From an uncultured Candidatus Saccharibacteria bacterium (GTDB lineage Bacteria; Patescibacteriota; Minisyncoccia; Phycocordibacterales; Phycocordibacteraceae): 64,000 bases of DNA. Below the pieces are notes generated by a model. That model saw nothing but the letters and a program-made list of their open reading frames with translations. It was not told the DNA's origin and searched no databases. The stretch covers positions 3,509 through 67,508 of the forward strand of contig CAZJZB010000001.1 of the NCBI GenBank assembly GCA_964550425.1. Reading direction: 5' to 3'. The position numbers and the translations under genes were made by a program. Shown here piece by piece: positions 1-8,226 of the stretch; position 1 is the stretch's first letter, and every line of letters begins with the position of its first letter.

Positions 1-912
1 AAAAGCAGAAACGATACGAACCTTGCCAGTTCCTCTGATGACTTTTCCGATAACGGCAATATTGGGGGAATGAGAGAGAATTTTTTGGACCTCTTTTTTA
101 GGAACAGAGAGGATAAATCCTATGCCGCAATTGAAGGTTGAATACATGGTTTTGTTTGAAAGTCCTTTTGCATACATATCTCGAAAAATCTTTTGCGGTT
201 GCAGTGTCTTAGGTTGAGAAATGACGGCATCATTCTTTCCTAATATATCTTTAAGCTTCGTGAATGCCCCGCCGGTGATATGCATCATTCCATGTACTTT
301 GTGTGTAGCGAGTATCGAAAGAATGTCATCGAGATATATCTTCGTTGGTTCTGTGAACTCTCTCCTATAGGTATTCCCGAACACTTCTCTGACTTTTGTA
401 AATCCGTTTGAGTGGATGCCGCTACTCCTAAGTCCCAAAAGGACATCTCCATTCTTGCATTGGTTATTGAATTTTTTAGGAAGAAAACCCGATACGGTAA
501 TACTTATATCCATTCCCTTTGTATCGGAATGAATAGATGTCTCTCCTCCCGTCATAGCTATTTTTCTTTTCCTGCACTCTACGGCCAAGGACTTCACTAT
601 CTCCAATATCGCTTTGTGATCGTCCTTGGGCAAAACGATGTGATTTTGAAGTGCATACGGAATGGCTCCAACCACCGCCAAATCATTGAGATTCATGGCA
701 AGAGCGTCTACCACCGCATTATTGAAGGCCCGTTTCTCCCAATGATAAAAACCCTTGGTTCCAATTCCGTCTGTATGCTGGACTTCCCACAAAGAGAAAT
801 TCTTTTTGAAAACTGGATATAGTCCCTTTTCAACTTTTACATACGGCGTCTTCCAGGTGCTTCTAATGAGTTTGAGAATCCTATACTTATATGGTTTCGT
901 CGGGTTATACAT
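1..912 (-). CDS. purM: PurM/AIR synthase-like protein, runs off the window edge
   Basis: Manual minus-strand translation from ATG at 912: MYNPTKPY...HTDGIGTK...DALAMNLNDL...GLGSSGIHSNGF...HGMMHITGGAF...MYSTFNCGIG, all PurM-family motifs. Not in the ORF track because the stop lies outside the window. Confidence 0.8.
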   Translation of the reverse strand, partial: MYNPTKPYKYRILKLIRSTWKTPYVKVEKGLYPVFKKNFSLWEVQHTDGIGTKGFYHWEKRAFNNAVVDALAMNLNDLAVVGAIPYALQNHIVLPKDDHKAILEIVKSLAVECRKRKIAMTGGETSIHSDTKGMDISITVSGFLPKKFNNQCKNGDVLLGLRSSGIHSNGFTKVREVFGNTYRREFTEPTKIYLDDILSILATHKVHGMMHITGGAFTKLKDILGKNDAVISQPKTLQPQKIFRDMYAKGLSNKTMYSTFNCGIGFILSVPKKEVQKILSHSPNIAVIGKVIRGTGKVRIVSAF

Positions 913-946
913 GAAAGATATACTTCCATTGTACTACTCCTAACAT

Positions 947-973
947 GCTGGCCGTCTGGGACGATGTTGGAAC
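947..973. repeat. Cassette-boundary direct repeat, copy 1 (gctggccgtctgggacgatgttggaac)
   Basis: 22 of the first 25 bases match the copy at 1502-1528; the two copies flank the deaminase gene. Confidence 0.75.
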
Positions 974-978
974 CAGAA

Positions 979-1467
979 TCACAAAAATGCACGATCTCCT
1001 TTTTGCTTGATATACTCGGCATCTAGTATTGTGTCATTAAAAATCTTCCGTGATTTTTCTGTAAGCGCAGCATCACCGACTTGATTGGCGGTAATTCCCG
1101 CCGCTGCAAACCTATTGTCTACTTTTCTAGAGTAGTGGGCATCAGGCATGGCATAAATCACGCGTTTGATTGGGGAGTTTATTATTTTTGCGGCACAGTC
1201 TCCAAATGTCTCTCCACCACCCCCTGGAGTTCTCTCCCCACAGGGCTGAATTGTGGAATAGAGAATATCCTCGTCCTGGATAGTTATTCTTTTTTGCTGG
1301 ATCTCTTCGAGTAGAAGGTCTTCTGCGTGCCGATTTGGATTATCTATGCTCGCCTTGGTCGCAAGAATAGTGCCATTACGCACCAGACAGGCGGCAACAG
1401 CGCCACGGTTAGAATTCGCCGCGTGCGCTGTCCTAAATAAGGATTCAAATATTTCAGATTCGGTCAT
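979..1467 (-). CDS. Zinc-dependent cytidine/deoxycytidylate deaminase family protein (RibD-deaminase-like, stand-alone)
   Basis: HAE motif (RHAEDLL), LYSTIQPC...DCAAKII and IKRVIYAMPD; the PC...C spacer is longer than usual. Confidence 0.8.
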   Translation of the reverse strand: MTESEIFESLFRTAHAANSNRGAVAACLVRNGTILATKASIDNPNRHAEDLLLEEIQQKRITIQDEDILYSTIQPCGERTPGGGGETFGDCAAKIINSPIKRVIYAMPDAHYSRKVDNRFAAAGITANQVGDAALTEKSRKIFNDTILDAEYIKQKGDRAFL

Positions 1468-1501
1468 TGCGAAAGTATATAATAACTCATAAATTTGACG
1501 A

Positions 1502-1556
1502 GCTGGCCGTCTGGTACGGAGTTGGACTCTTTTTCACTCCGAAACCGCTGGCCGTC
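1502..1556. repeat. Cassette-boundary direct repeat, copy 2 (1502-1528) and partial copy 3 (gctggccgtc, 1547-1556)
   Basis: Direct sequence comparison with 947-973. Confidence 0.75.
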
Positions 1557-1604
1557 GACTGTTCGATATAGAAAGCATATAAGGAGTCGTGTATATTTAC
1601 CTAT

Positions 1605-1943
1605 ATGTCAGAAAAAATACCCCTCTCTAATAAAGAGAAACTCGTAGAAATGACCGAGTTAGGGGCTGCAGAAATACTTCAAACTGATTATCAACTCTCT
1701 GCGGAAGAACAAGATCGGCTCGTGTCGATGGTGGCAGATCCAAATCTTTCTATGTATGTACTTGGCTTCGACGACACACACGGAGAAAAACTAACTCGGC
1801 TTCAAGCAGAAAAATTATTGGATCAGATACTAGCTAATCCTGAAGCGGCCGAAATTCTCTATACCACGCTAACCGAATCAGGAGTTGAATTGAATGCGAA
1901 TGAGAGATGGTGGATGGAACGACTACGCAAAGTGATGGAATAA
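1605..1943 (+). CDS. Hypothetical acidic protein
   Basis: 112 aa ORF filling the gap, with a -10-like TATATT just upstream of the ATG. Confidence 0.7.
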   Translation: MSEKIPLSNKEKLVEMTELGAAEILQTDYQLSAEEQDRLVSMVADPNLSMYVLGFDDTHGEKLTRLQAEKLLDQILANPEAAEILYTTLTESGVELNANERWWMERLRKVME

Positions 1944-1998
1944 GTCGAGTGTATATCTATTTTGAGCGACGGACGAGTTTACTGGGGGATCTAGAATT

Positions 1999-2418
1999 CT
2001 ACACTCCACGGTCCATTGCGGCGTTGGCGAGCGCGTCCGCGTCGCTGTTTTCTTCGCGCGGGACGTGAGTGAAGGAGACGGTGCCGAAGGCCGCAGCGAC
2101 CTGCGCGAGGCGCGCTTGTTGTTCTTTCAGGACCGGATGCTTCACTTTATAAAGGCCTTTCATCTGCTTCACTATAAGTTCGCTGTCGAGTTTCACAACA
2201 ACTTCTGTCGTATCGCGTTCTACCATTGGTACCAGTTTGGACAATGCTTCAAAAGCAAGAATAACCGCTTCGTATTCCGCGAAATTGTTTGTCTGGTGAC
2301 CGAGAAATTTTGAAACGCTCGCGACCGAGTTCCCGAATTCGTCGCGAATCATCGCGCCCGCCCCAGCGGGCCCCGGGTTCCCGCGCGCCCCGCCGTCGGC
2401 ATGAATGGTGAAATGCAT
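1999..2418 (-). CDS. rnhA: Ribonuclease HI
   Basis: DGGARGNPGPAG, TNNFAEYEA, LDSELIVKQM, HVPREENSDADALAN. Confidence 0.93.
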   Translation of the reverse strand: MHFTIHADGGARGNPGPAGAGAMIRDEFGNSVASVSKFLGHQTNNFAEYEAVILAFEALSKLVPMVERDTTEVVVKLDSELIVKQMKGLYKVKHPVLKEQQARLAQVAAAFGTVSFTHVPREENSDADALANAAMDRGV

Positions 2419-2446
2419 ATCGCTTACTATACATTAACTCACTCAA

Positions 2447-2541
2447 GAGAAATGTTTTTGAGAGCGTTTCGCTCAAACCTGCCGCACCTGAAGGTGCGGC
2501 AGGATGTCGCTGCACTTGGCATACTCTCAAAGACATTTCTC
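2447..2541. repeat. MITE/REP-like element with 18 bp terminal inverted repeats and an internal hairpin
   Basis: gagaaatgtttttgagag / ctctcaaagacatttctc (1 mismatch); internal cctgccgcacct-ga-aggtgcggcagg. Confidence 0.7.
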
Positions 2542-2554
2542 CGCTCGCTCATAG

Positions 2555-4285
2555 TTACACAACTCTGATATCGAGAAGCCGCAGACGAACCGGATTCCCG
2601 CGCGAGAACGTATCACGCTCAAGATGCGCAAGCACGTTCACGCGACTACTCGCCGCGAGTTTCTGTACCGTGCGTGCGAGAGAACCTTTTACAAAAAAAG
2701 TAACCGCATCAATACTCGCCCCCCGCCCATCAATCGAGCCCATCTTCAATTTCAAATGCTCCTCTCCTTTTCCGAAGCGTGAAATCTCTCGCACGAAAAC
2801 CTCTCGCAATAGAAACACGGGTTTGTCATTATGCATGCCGAATGGTGCGAGCTTCTCAATCTTGGTAAGGAATGCGCTCGTCGCTTCTTCCGGAAGTACG
2901 TGAGCATCGGCGCGCATCGCGAGCTCATCAACGATGGTCGCTCCACCCAGTATTTTTTCGTGTGCTTCGACAAGCCGGTCTTCGAGAAAAAATACCTCGG
3001 TATCTTGCACGGTGAAACCGCCTGCGCCCGCATGCCCGCCGAATTCAACAAATACTTTTTCCGCGGCCCGCATGAGTTCCAATATGTGTGTCGCTCCGCC
3101 GCTCCGTACCGATCCTTTGAGACGCATATTTCCCTCTCTTCCCCACAGGAATACCGGCCGTTCATATTCCTCCGCAATGGTATTTGCGACGAGACCAAGA
3201 AGGGAAGGCCGCCATTCCGGATCCCCGAGCGCGATGATGGTTCGTACCGCTCCTCTCTCTTTCAGGCGCGTATGCACCGCGCGCGTGATGGCGCCCGCCT
3301 CGGCTTTCCGTTGCCGATTCGCTTTTTCCATTTTTTTGGAAAGCGCATCGGCCTCGCTTTCATCGGCAGTCGTGAAGAGACGGAATGCGTCGCGCGCATC
3401 GCCCATACGGCTTGCGGCATTCACGCGAGGCGCAATCATAAAACCGACATCATCTTCGGTAAGCGCACGCTGCTCCACGCGCATTCCGCGACACAGTTTT
3501 TGCAGCCCAAGTCGCGGCGATTTGCGCATAACGAGGAGTCCATAGGTAGCAAGTACGCGATTCTCATCTACAAGCGGAACCATGTCAGCGATGGTTGCGA
3601 GCCCCACCATATCAAGAAGCCATTTCTCCCATCCAACAGGTACTTTCTCGCGGAGTACCGGCGCTATCGCGAGTGTCGCGCACACGAGTTTCCATGCGAC
3701 TCCCGAACCGCAGAGCCCGCGGAAAGGGTATGTCTCATCTGCGCGTGCATTTGGATTGAGGACTGCAAATGCGTCCGGCAGCATTTCGCCCGGAAGATGA
3801 TGGTCGGTAACAATGACATCCATGCCGAGCCCCCTTGCCCGAGCGACGGATTCAATGTCAGTGATACCGGAGTCCACAGTCACGACGAGTTTCACTCCGC
3901 TCTCTGCAAGCTTCTCGATACCGTTCACATTCATACCGTAGCCCTCTTCGTGCCGATGCGGAATATAATTCTCAAAATTCGCGCCCACCTTTTGGAGAAA
4001 ATCGTGCATCAGTACGCCGCCGGGAATACCGTCGCAATCATAGTCGCTCCAGACGGCAATTCTTTCTCCTGAAAGAATTGCCGCCCCGAGCCGCTCCGCG
4101 GCAAGCGGCATGTCGCACATGAGGAAGGGATCATGCAGATGCGAGTCGTATGAGGGATTAAGAAATTTCTCCGCGGCATCTTTCGTCAGAATGCCGCGCC
4201 GCGCGAGCAGCGCGGCAGTGAGATCGTCATAGGCGATAAGTTCCGCACGCAATGTCTCATCGAGTGGATCATGGAGCGGGAACAT
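2555..4285 (-). CDS. recJ: Single-stranded-DNA-specific exonuclease RecJ
   Basis: DYDCDG, TVDSG, TDHH, ADMVPL, PRVNAASR, GGHAGAGG and APFG motifs. Confidence 0.96.
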   Translation of the reverse strand: MFPLHDPLDETLRAELIAYDDLTAALLARRGILTKDAAEKFLNPSYDSHLHDPFLMCDMPLAAERLGAAILSGERIAVWSDYDCDGIPGGVLMHDFLQKVGANFENYIPHRHEEGYGMNVNGIEKLAESGVKLVVTVDSGITDIESVARARGLGMDVIVTDHHLPGEMLPDAFAVLNPNARADETYPFRGLCGSGVAWKLVCATLAIAPVLREKVPVGWEKWLLDMVGLATIADMVPLVDENRVLATYGLLVMRKSPRLGLQKLCRGMRVEQRALTEDDVGFMIAPRVNAASRMGDARDAFRLFTTADESEADALSKKMEKANRQRKAEAGAITRAVHTRLKERGAVRTIIALGDPEWRPSLLGLVANTIAEEYERPVFLWGREGNMRLKGSVRSGGATHILELMRAAEKVFVEFGGHAGAGGFTVQDTEVFFLEDRLVEAHEKILGGATIVDELAMRADAHVLPEEATSAFLTKIEKLAPFGMHNDKPVFLLREVFVREISRFGKGEEHLKLKMGSIDGRGASIDAVTFFVKGSLARTVQKLAASSRVNVLAHLERDTFSRGNPVRLRLLDIRVV

Positions 4286-4309
4286 GTGGCACTATTGTAT
4301 ACTTACTCA

Positions 4310-4642
4310 ATGGAAAGTTGTATTTTTTGCAAGATTGCCATTGGCGAGATTCCCTCGCGCAAGGTACATCATGAAGACAAAATCGTCGTTTCTTTCCTTG
4401 ATATGAATCAAGATATACCGGGTCATACGCTCGTCATTCCCGTTGAGCACCACTCCTGGTTTTATGAGTTGCCTGATGACATTGCAAACAAATTATTCAG
4501 GGCGGCACGGCACGTAGCGCAAGAATTAAAAGAAAAAATGAAAGCTGATTATATCCAACTTTCGATTATCGGCACCGATATTCCGCACGTACACCTACAT
4601 CTACTCCCGCGTTTTTTAAAAGACAAGCCGCCCAAAATCTAA
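4310..4642 (+). CDS. HIT family hydrolase
   Basis: CIFCKI N-terminus, PGHTLVIP, PHVHLHLLPR. Confidence 0.92.
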   Translation: MESCIFCKIAIGEIPSRKVHHEDKIVVSFLDMNQDIPGHTLVIPVEHHSWFYELPDDIANKLFRAARHVAQELKEKMKADYIQLSIIGTDIPHVHLHLLPRFLKDKPPKI

Positions 4643-4672
4643 AACGCCGGCCCTATATAGGTACCGGCGTTT
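4642..4672. terminator. Hairpin between convergent genes, probable bidirectional terminator
   Basis: aaacgccgg...ccggcgttt. Confidence 0.55.
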
Positions 4673-4686
4673 ACTCGCTCGCGTCA

Positions 4687-5142
4687 TCAGCCAGCGCCTT
4701 CTTTTGTGCGCAAAGCGCCGACAATATCGATGATGAGATCCCTGACGACCATCATCACCGGTATGAGTCCGAGGACGAGCAAGAAACTAAAGCTCGTCAT
4801 CCAGAATGCAGCGCCGTCCTGGATCTTTGTCGGAGCGGAAATCGCTCCGAAAACGAATCCAAAACAGATTGCGTTGAGCGTCATGAAGAATACATTTCCG
4901 CCTTCATTGAGGCGTTTGCCATTCAACATGTGCTCGATGAACTGGACAAAAATTACCACTCCAATGAAGAGCGCAATGAGAAACACTCCCAACAAAAGGA
5001 TTGACCCCTTGCCCCCGGACACGCCCCGCGCGAGCGCCGCCCATGGGTTGTATGTCACAGATATCTCGTTCGCACCCCATACGGCGCTTAGCGAGATCAA
5101 AATACCTGCAGGAATCATGATCATCCTATTTCCGATGCTCAT
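4687..5142 (-). CDS. Hypothetical membrane protein (about 4 TM segments)
   Basis: Hydrophobic ORF; GGAGGT Shine-Dalgarno sequence upstream of the ATG at 5142. Confidence 0.75.
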   Translation of the reverse strand: MSIGNRMIMIPAGILISLSAVWGANEISVTYNPWAALARGVSGGKGSILLLGVFLIALFIGVVIFVQFIEHMLNGKRLNEGGNVFFMTLNAICFGFVFGAISAPTKIQDGAAFWMTSFSFLLVLGLIPVMMVVRDLIIDIVGALRTKEGAG

Positions 5143-5210
5143 CTGCACACCTCCATTTTGATTTTCAATCAGATTTATTACTGAGCAACCTCTATGTTAA
5201 AGTATAGCAC

Positions 5211-6371
5211 TCAAGTGCCATTCTTGTCAAGTGCGTCAATGCCGGGGAGGGTACCCGTGGCAAGGAAATCAAGCATCGCGCCGCCGCCGGTGGAGACGAA
5301 AGAAAAGCGTGGCAAGAGACCGAGTCCTTCAATTGAGGCAACCGTGTCGCCGCCGCCCACTACTGAATATGCGTTTGAAGAGGCAATGGCACGCGCAAAA
5401 GCATCGGTCGCATTGATAAATCCATTTTCGTAATTTCCCAAGGGGCCGTTCCAGAGGATGGTCTTCGCTTTCTGTGCGAGGTTCGACAGGAGCGCAACGG
5501 TGCCTGGACCATGATCAAGAATAATTTCATCAGATCGTACCTGCCCGGCTGGAGCGATACGCGCCTCTAATTGCACATTCGTAGTTCCCAATAATCTTGC
5601 GGGTATCACCAGCGAGTCCATCGGCAATACCAGTTTCGGATGAGCGAGGAGTTTCTTGATTGTGTTTTCGCTGGCGCTCGAAACAAGCGATTTTCCCACC
5701 CCCAATCCTAATGCTTTAAGAAAATCGTTTGCAAGCGCTCCGCCAACAAACACATGATCATATGTTTTTAATAATGTCGTAAGCACCGCCTCTTTGGTAC
5801 TGAATTTCGCTCCACCAATGACCGCGAGCGCGGGATGTTGTGGTGCGAGTGCCCGTGACAGCTCCTTCATTTCTTCCTCAAGAAGAATTCCGGCATACGA
5901 GGGGAGAAGTTTTGGGACACCGATGATGGAGGCATGCGGCCGATGACAGGTGTCAAAAGAATCCTGCACGAAAATGTCGGCGAGAGAAGCGAGTTCTTGT
6001 GCGAAAGCGCGGTCATTCATCCGCTCGCCGTTGTCGCGCCGCAGATTCTCCAGGACAAGCACGCTGCCGGGTGCAAAGTCGCGGATCGCGGCGCGCGCTC
6101 CCTTTCCTATGGTCTCGGGGAAGAACGAAACATTTGGGAGAAGTTTTCCAAGCGCTTGAGCAACCGGTGCGAGGGTCTCGGTCCCCTGTTCACCCAAGTG
6201 GCTTATGAGCACGACCCTCGCGCTACGTTCGGTAAGGAAACGTATAGTTGGTAGCGCGCGCCGCAGGCGATAGTCGTTTACAACCTTCCCATTTATAACA
6301 GGAACATTGAGCGCCGCCCGCACCAGTATCGGAATATTCTCAAATAGTTGTATGTCGCGAACGCTTTTCAT
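5211..6371 (-). CDS. pgk: Phosphoglycerate kinase
   Basis: SHLG, LENLR, GGAK, WNGPLG, GGGDT, STGGGA. Confidence 0.95.
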   Translation of the reverse strand: MKSVRDIQLFENIPILVRAALNVPVINGKVVNDYRLRRALPTIRFLTERSARVVLISHLGEQGTETLAPVAQALGKLLPNVSFFPETIGKGARAAIRDFAPGSVLVLENLRRDNGERMNDRAFAQELASLADIFVQDSFDTCHRPHASIIGVPKLLPSYAGILLEEEMKELSRALAPQHPALAVIGGAKFSTKEAVLTTLLKTYDHVFVGGALANDFLKALGLGVGKSLVSSASENTIKKLLAHPKLVLPMDSLVIPARLLGTTNVQLEARIAPAGQVRSDEIILDHGPGTVALLSNLAQKAKTILWNGPLGNYENGFINATDAFARAIASSNAYSVVGGGDTVASIEGLGLLPRFSFVSTGGGAMLDFLATGTLPGIDALDKNGT

Positions 6372-7117
6372 GCCCGCACCAGTTGCTTCATGAGTAGTGT
6401 AAAGGTATGAGCATCGACTGATGCGTGTCCGATGAGGAAGCCGTCGATCCGCGAGCTCGCCGCGAGCTCGCGGATGTTTTCCGGTTCAACCGAACCGCCG
6501 TAGAGGACAAGCGTGCGAGAAGCGTTTTTTCCGTGCAGGAGTTCCGCAAGCACTTTGCGGATGTATAACATCATCTCGGCAAGGTCGTTCGGCTGGATTG
6601 CAAGAGCGGCTGTCTTTCCGATTGCCCAGATGGGCTCGTAGGCAATAATGACCTTCACGCGTTCTTTTGGTGCGAGAGACCCAATCGCCTTTGTAAGTTC
6701 TTCACGTATGAAAGCAAGATAGCGGCCTTCATTATCGCGCTCATGTTCGCCGATGCACAGAATGGGTGTGAGTCCGTGAGCGAGAGAGTGGGAAAGTTTC
6801 TCGGCAATGATTACATCAGTATCGCCAGCCGCGCGTCGCTCAGAATGACCGATTATGGCGTAGGTGGCGCCCGCTGCCGCATATGCCTGCGCAGTCGCTT
6901 CGCCCGTCTTCGCGCCGCCGGTTGTGCGAGACACGTCTTGCGCCGCAAAAGCAACAGCCGATTTGTTTCTCGCCGTGAGCGCACTAAGAAGCGGCGAGGG
7001 CGGCGCGAGTACGATTTTACTCCCCGTTTTTTTCGCAAGTTTCTTGCTGAGCGCAAAGAGCTTCTTTGCTTTTTTTACATCTTCAACATACGCTTTCCAA
7101 TTCGCGATAATGAGCAT
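6368..7117 (-). CDS. tpiA: Triosephosphate isomerase
   Basis: ANWK, GHSERR, AYEPIWAIG, YGGSV. Confidence 0.96.
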   Translation of the reverse strand: MLIIANWKAYVEDVKKAKKLFALSKKLAKKTGSKIVLAPPSPLLSALTARNKSAVAFAAQDVSRTTGGAKTGEATAQAYAAAGATYAIIGHSERRAAGDTDVIIAEKLSHSLAHGLTPILCIGEHERDNEGRYLAFIREELTKAIGSLAPKERVKVIIAYEPIWAIGKTAALAIQPNDLAEMMLYIRKVLAELLHGKNASRTLVLYGGSVEPENIRELAASSRIDGFLIGHASVDAHTFTLLMKQLVRA

Positions 7118-7124
7118 GACCTAC

Positions 7125-7168
7125 AGTATACCAGCCCGTCCATTAGTTAGAGGAAGGGCTGGTATACT
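7125..7168. promoter_or_regulatory. Divergent extended -10 promoters forming a perfect 13 bp inverted repeat
   Basis: agtataccagccc...gggctggtatact; each arm gives TGG-TATACT 6-7 nt before the tpiA and pilin start codons. Confidence 0.65.
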
Positions 7169-7174
7169 TCTAAG

Positions 7175-7591
7175 GTGATTTTTGCAAACAAAAGACGCGG
7201 ATGTACCCAGCACTATTCTTATAGTGCTGGGTTCACCCTGATTGAAATGTTGGTCGCACTTTTCATCATAAGCGTGACGGTCGTTTTTGTGACTATTGTC
7301 ATCGGGACGATCAAAATTACTCGTGACGCAACGCACGAAAATGTCGCGTTTCGTATCGCGGAAAGCAAGATCGATGAACTTCGCGCGGGAGGATACGCCG
7401 CACTCCCGGCGAGCGGTTCGTTTTCCAATCCAGAACTCACGAAATTGCCGCAAGGAGTGGCGAGCACCAGTGTCACCGACTGGAATGCGCAGATAAAACA
7501 AGTGGCAGCGGGCGTCTCGTGGCAGGGCGCAGACGGCTTTATGCGATTTGTTTCGCTCACGACGCTTATCACCCAGTCGGGCGGTCTCTAA
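7175..7591 (+). CDS. Type IV minor pilin (prepilin N-terminal cleavage/methylation domain)
   Basis: AG|FTLIE motif followed by a hydrophobic helix. Confidence 0.9.
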   Translation: MIFANKRRGCTQHYSYSAGFTLIEMLVALFIISVTVVFVTIVIGTIKITRDATHENVAFRIAESKIDELRAGGYAALPASGSFSNPELTKLPQGVASTSVTDWNAQIKQVAAGVSWQGADGFMRFVSLTTLITQSGGL

Positions 7592-7593
7592 AT

Positions 7594-8226
7594 ATGCCCA
7601 GAGCTTTCACTACCAAGCGAGTGAGACAAAAGAAAAATTCTGATTTTTCTTTTGCGAACGAGCGCAGGGAGCAAACCCGGCTCCGCGGGTTTACACTCGT
7701 CGAGGTACTCGTCACCGTCGCCCTTTCCACGATCCTCATGCTCGCAATTTCACAGCTCTATGTCATATATGGGCGTATCATTATATTCCAACAATCGTCA
7801 ATCGCCGCCGCCTTGGATGGGAGCAATATTATGGACGCTGTTCGCACGGCAGGTCTGCAGGCAACACGGATTATTGCAACCCATACATTTTCCGGCACCA
7901 GTTATAATTCCGGAACAACGACCGCAATCTTTGAACTTCCCGCTATCGATGCTTCTGGCGCCATCATTCCTAATGGATACGATTATATCGGTATCTATGC
8001 TTCAAGCACGGACGCGTATCGCATTGTCGATGCTGCATCCGGCAGCGCTCGCGTCTCGGGGGAGAAGCGGCTGACGAACGTTCTGGGCGCACTCAGTTTT
8101 ACGTATGACAATTCGAACTTTCCTTCGGTAACAAGCGTTACGGTCAATGCGACAACAAGTGTCATATTAAGAGGAGAAGTGACGCAAACACATTTCCACG
8201 AGGATATCTATTTGCGAAATTTATGA
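7594..8226 (+). CDS. Type IV minor pilin (PilW-like)
   Basis: RG|FTLVEVLV; C-terminal IYLRN. Confidence 0.88.
   Translation: MPRAFTTKRVRQKKNSDFSFANERREQTRLRGFTLVEVLVTVALSTILMLAISQLYVIYGRIIIFQQSSIAAALDGSNIMDAVRTAGLQATRIIATHTFSGTSYNSGTTTAIFELPAIDASGAIIPNGYDYIGIYASSTDAYRIVDAASGSARVSGEKRLTNVLGALSFTYDNSNFPSVTSVTVNATTSVILRGEVTQTHFHEDIYLRNL

Noticed and set aside
412-1022. Short ORFs 412-822, 755-943 and 837-1022
   Set aside because: They overlap the purM-like frame, which carries all the family motifs.
947-1556. CRISPR array
   Set aside because: Only two full repeats, separated by a whole gene; no cas genes.
2831-4072. 413 aa ORF antisense to recJ, and similar shadows over nusA, rny, tuf and rpsC/rplP
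   Set aside because: No recognisable motifs; expected by-product of codon bias on the coding strand.
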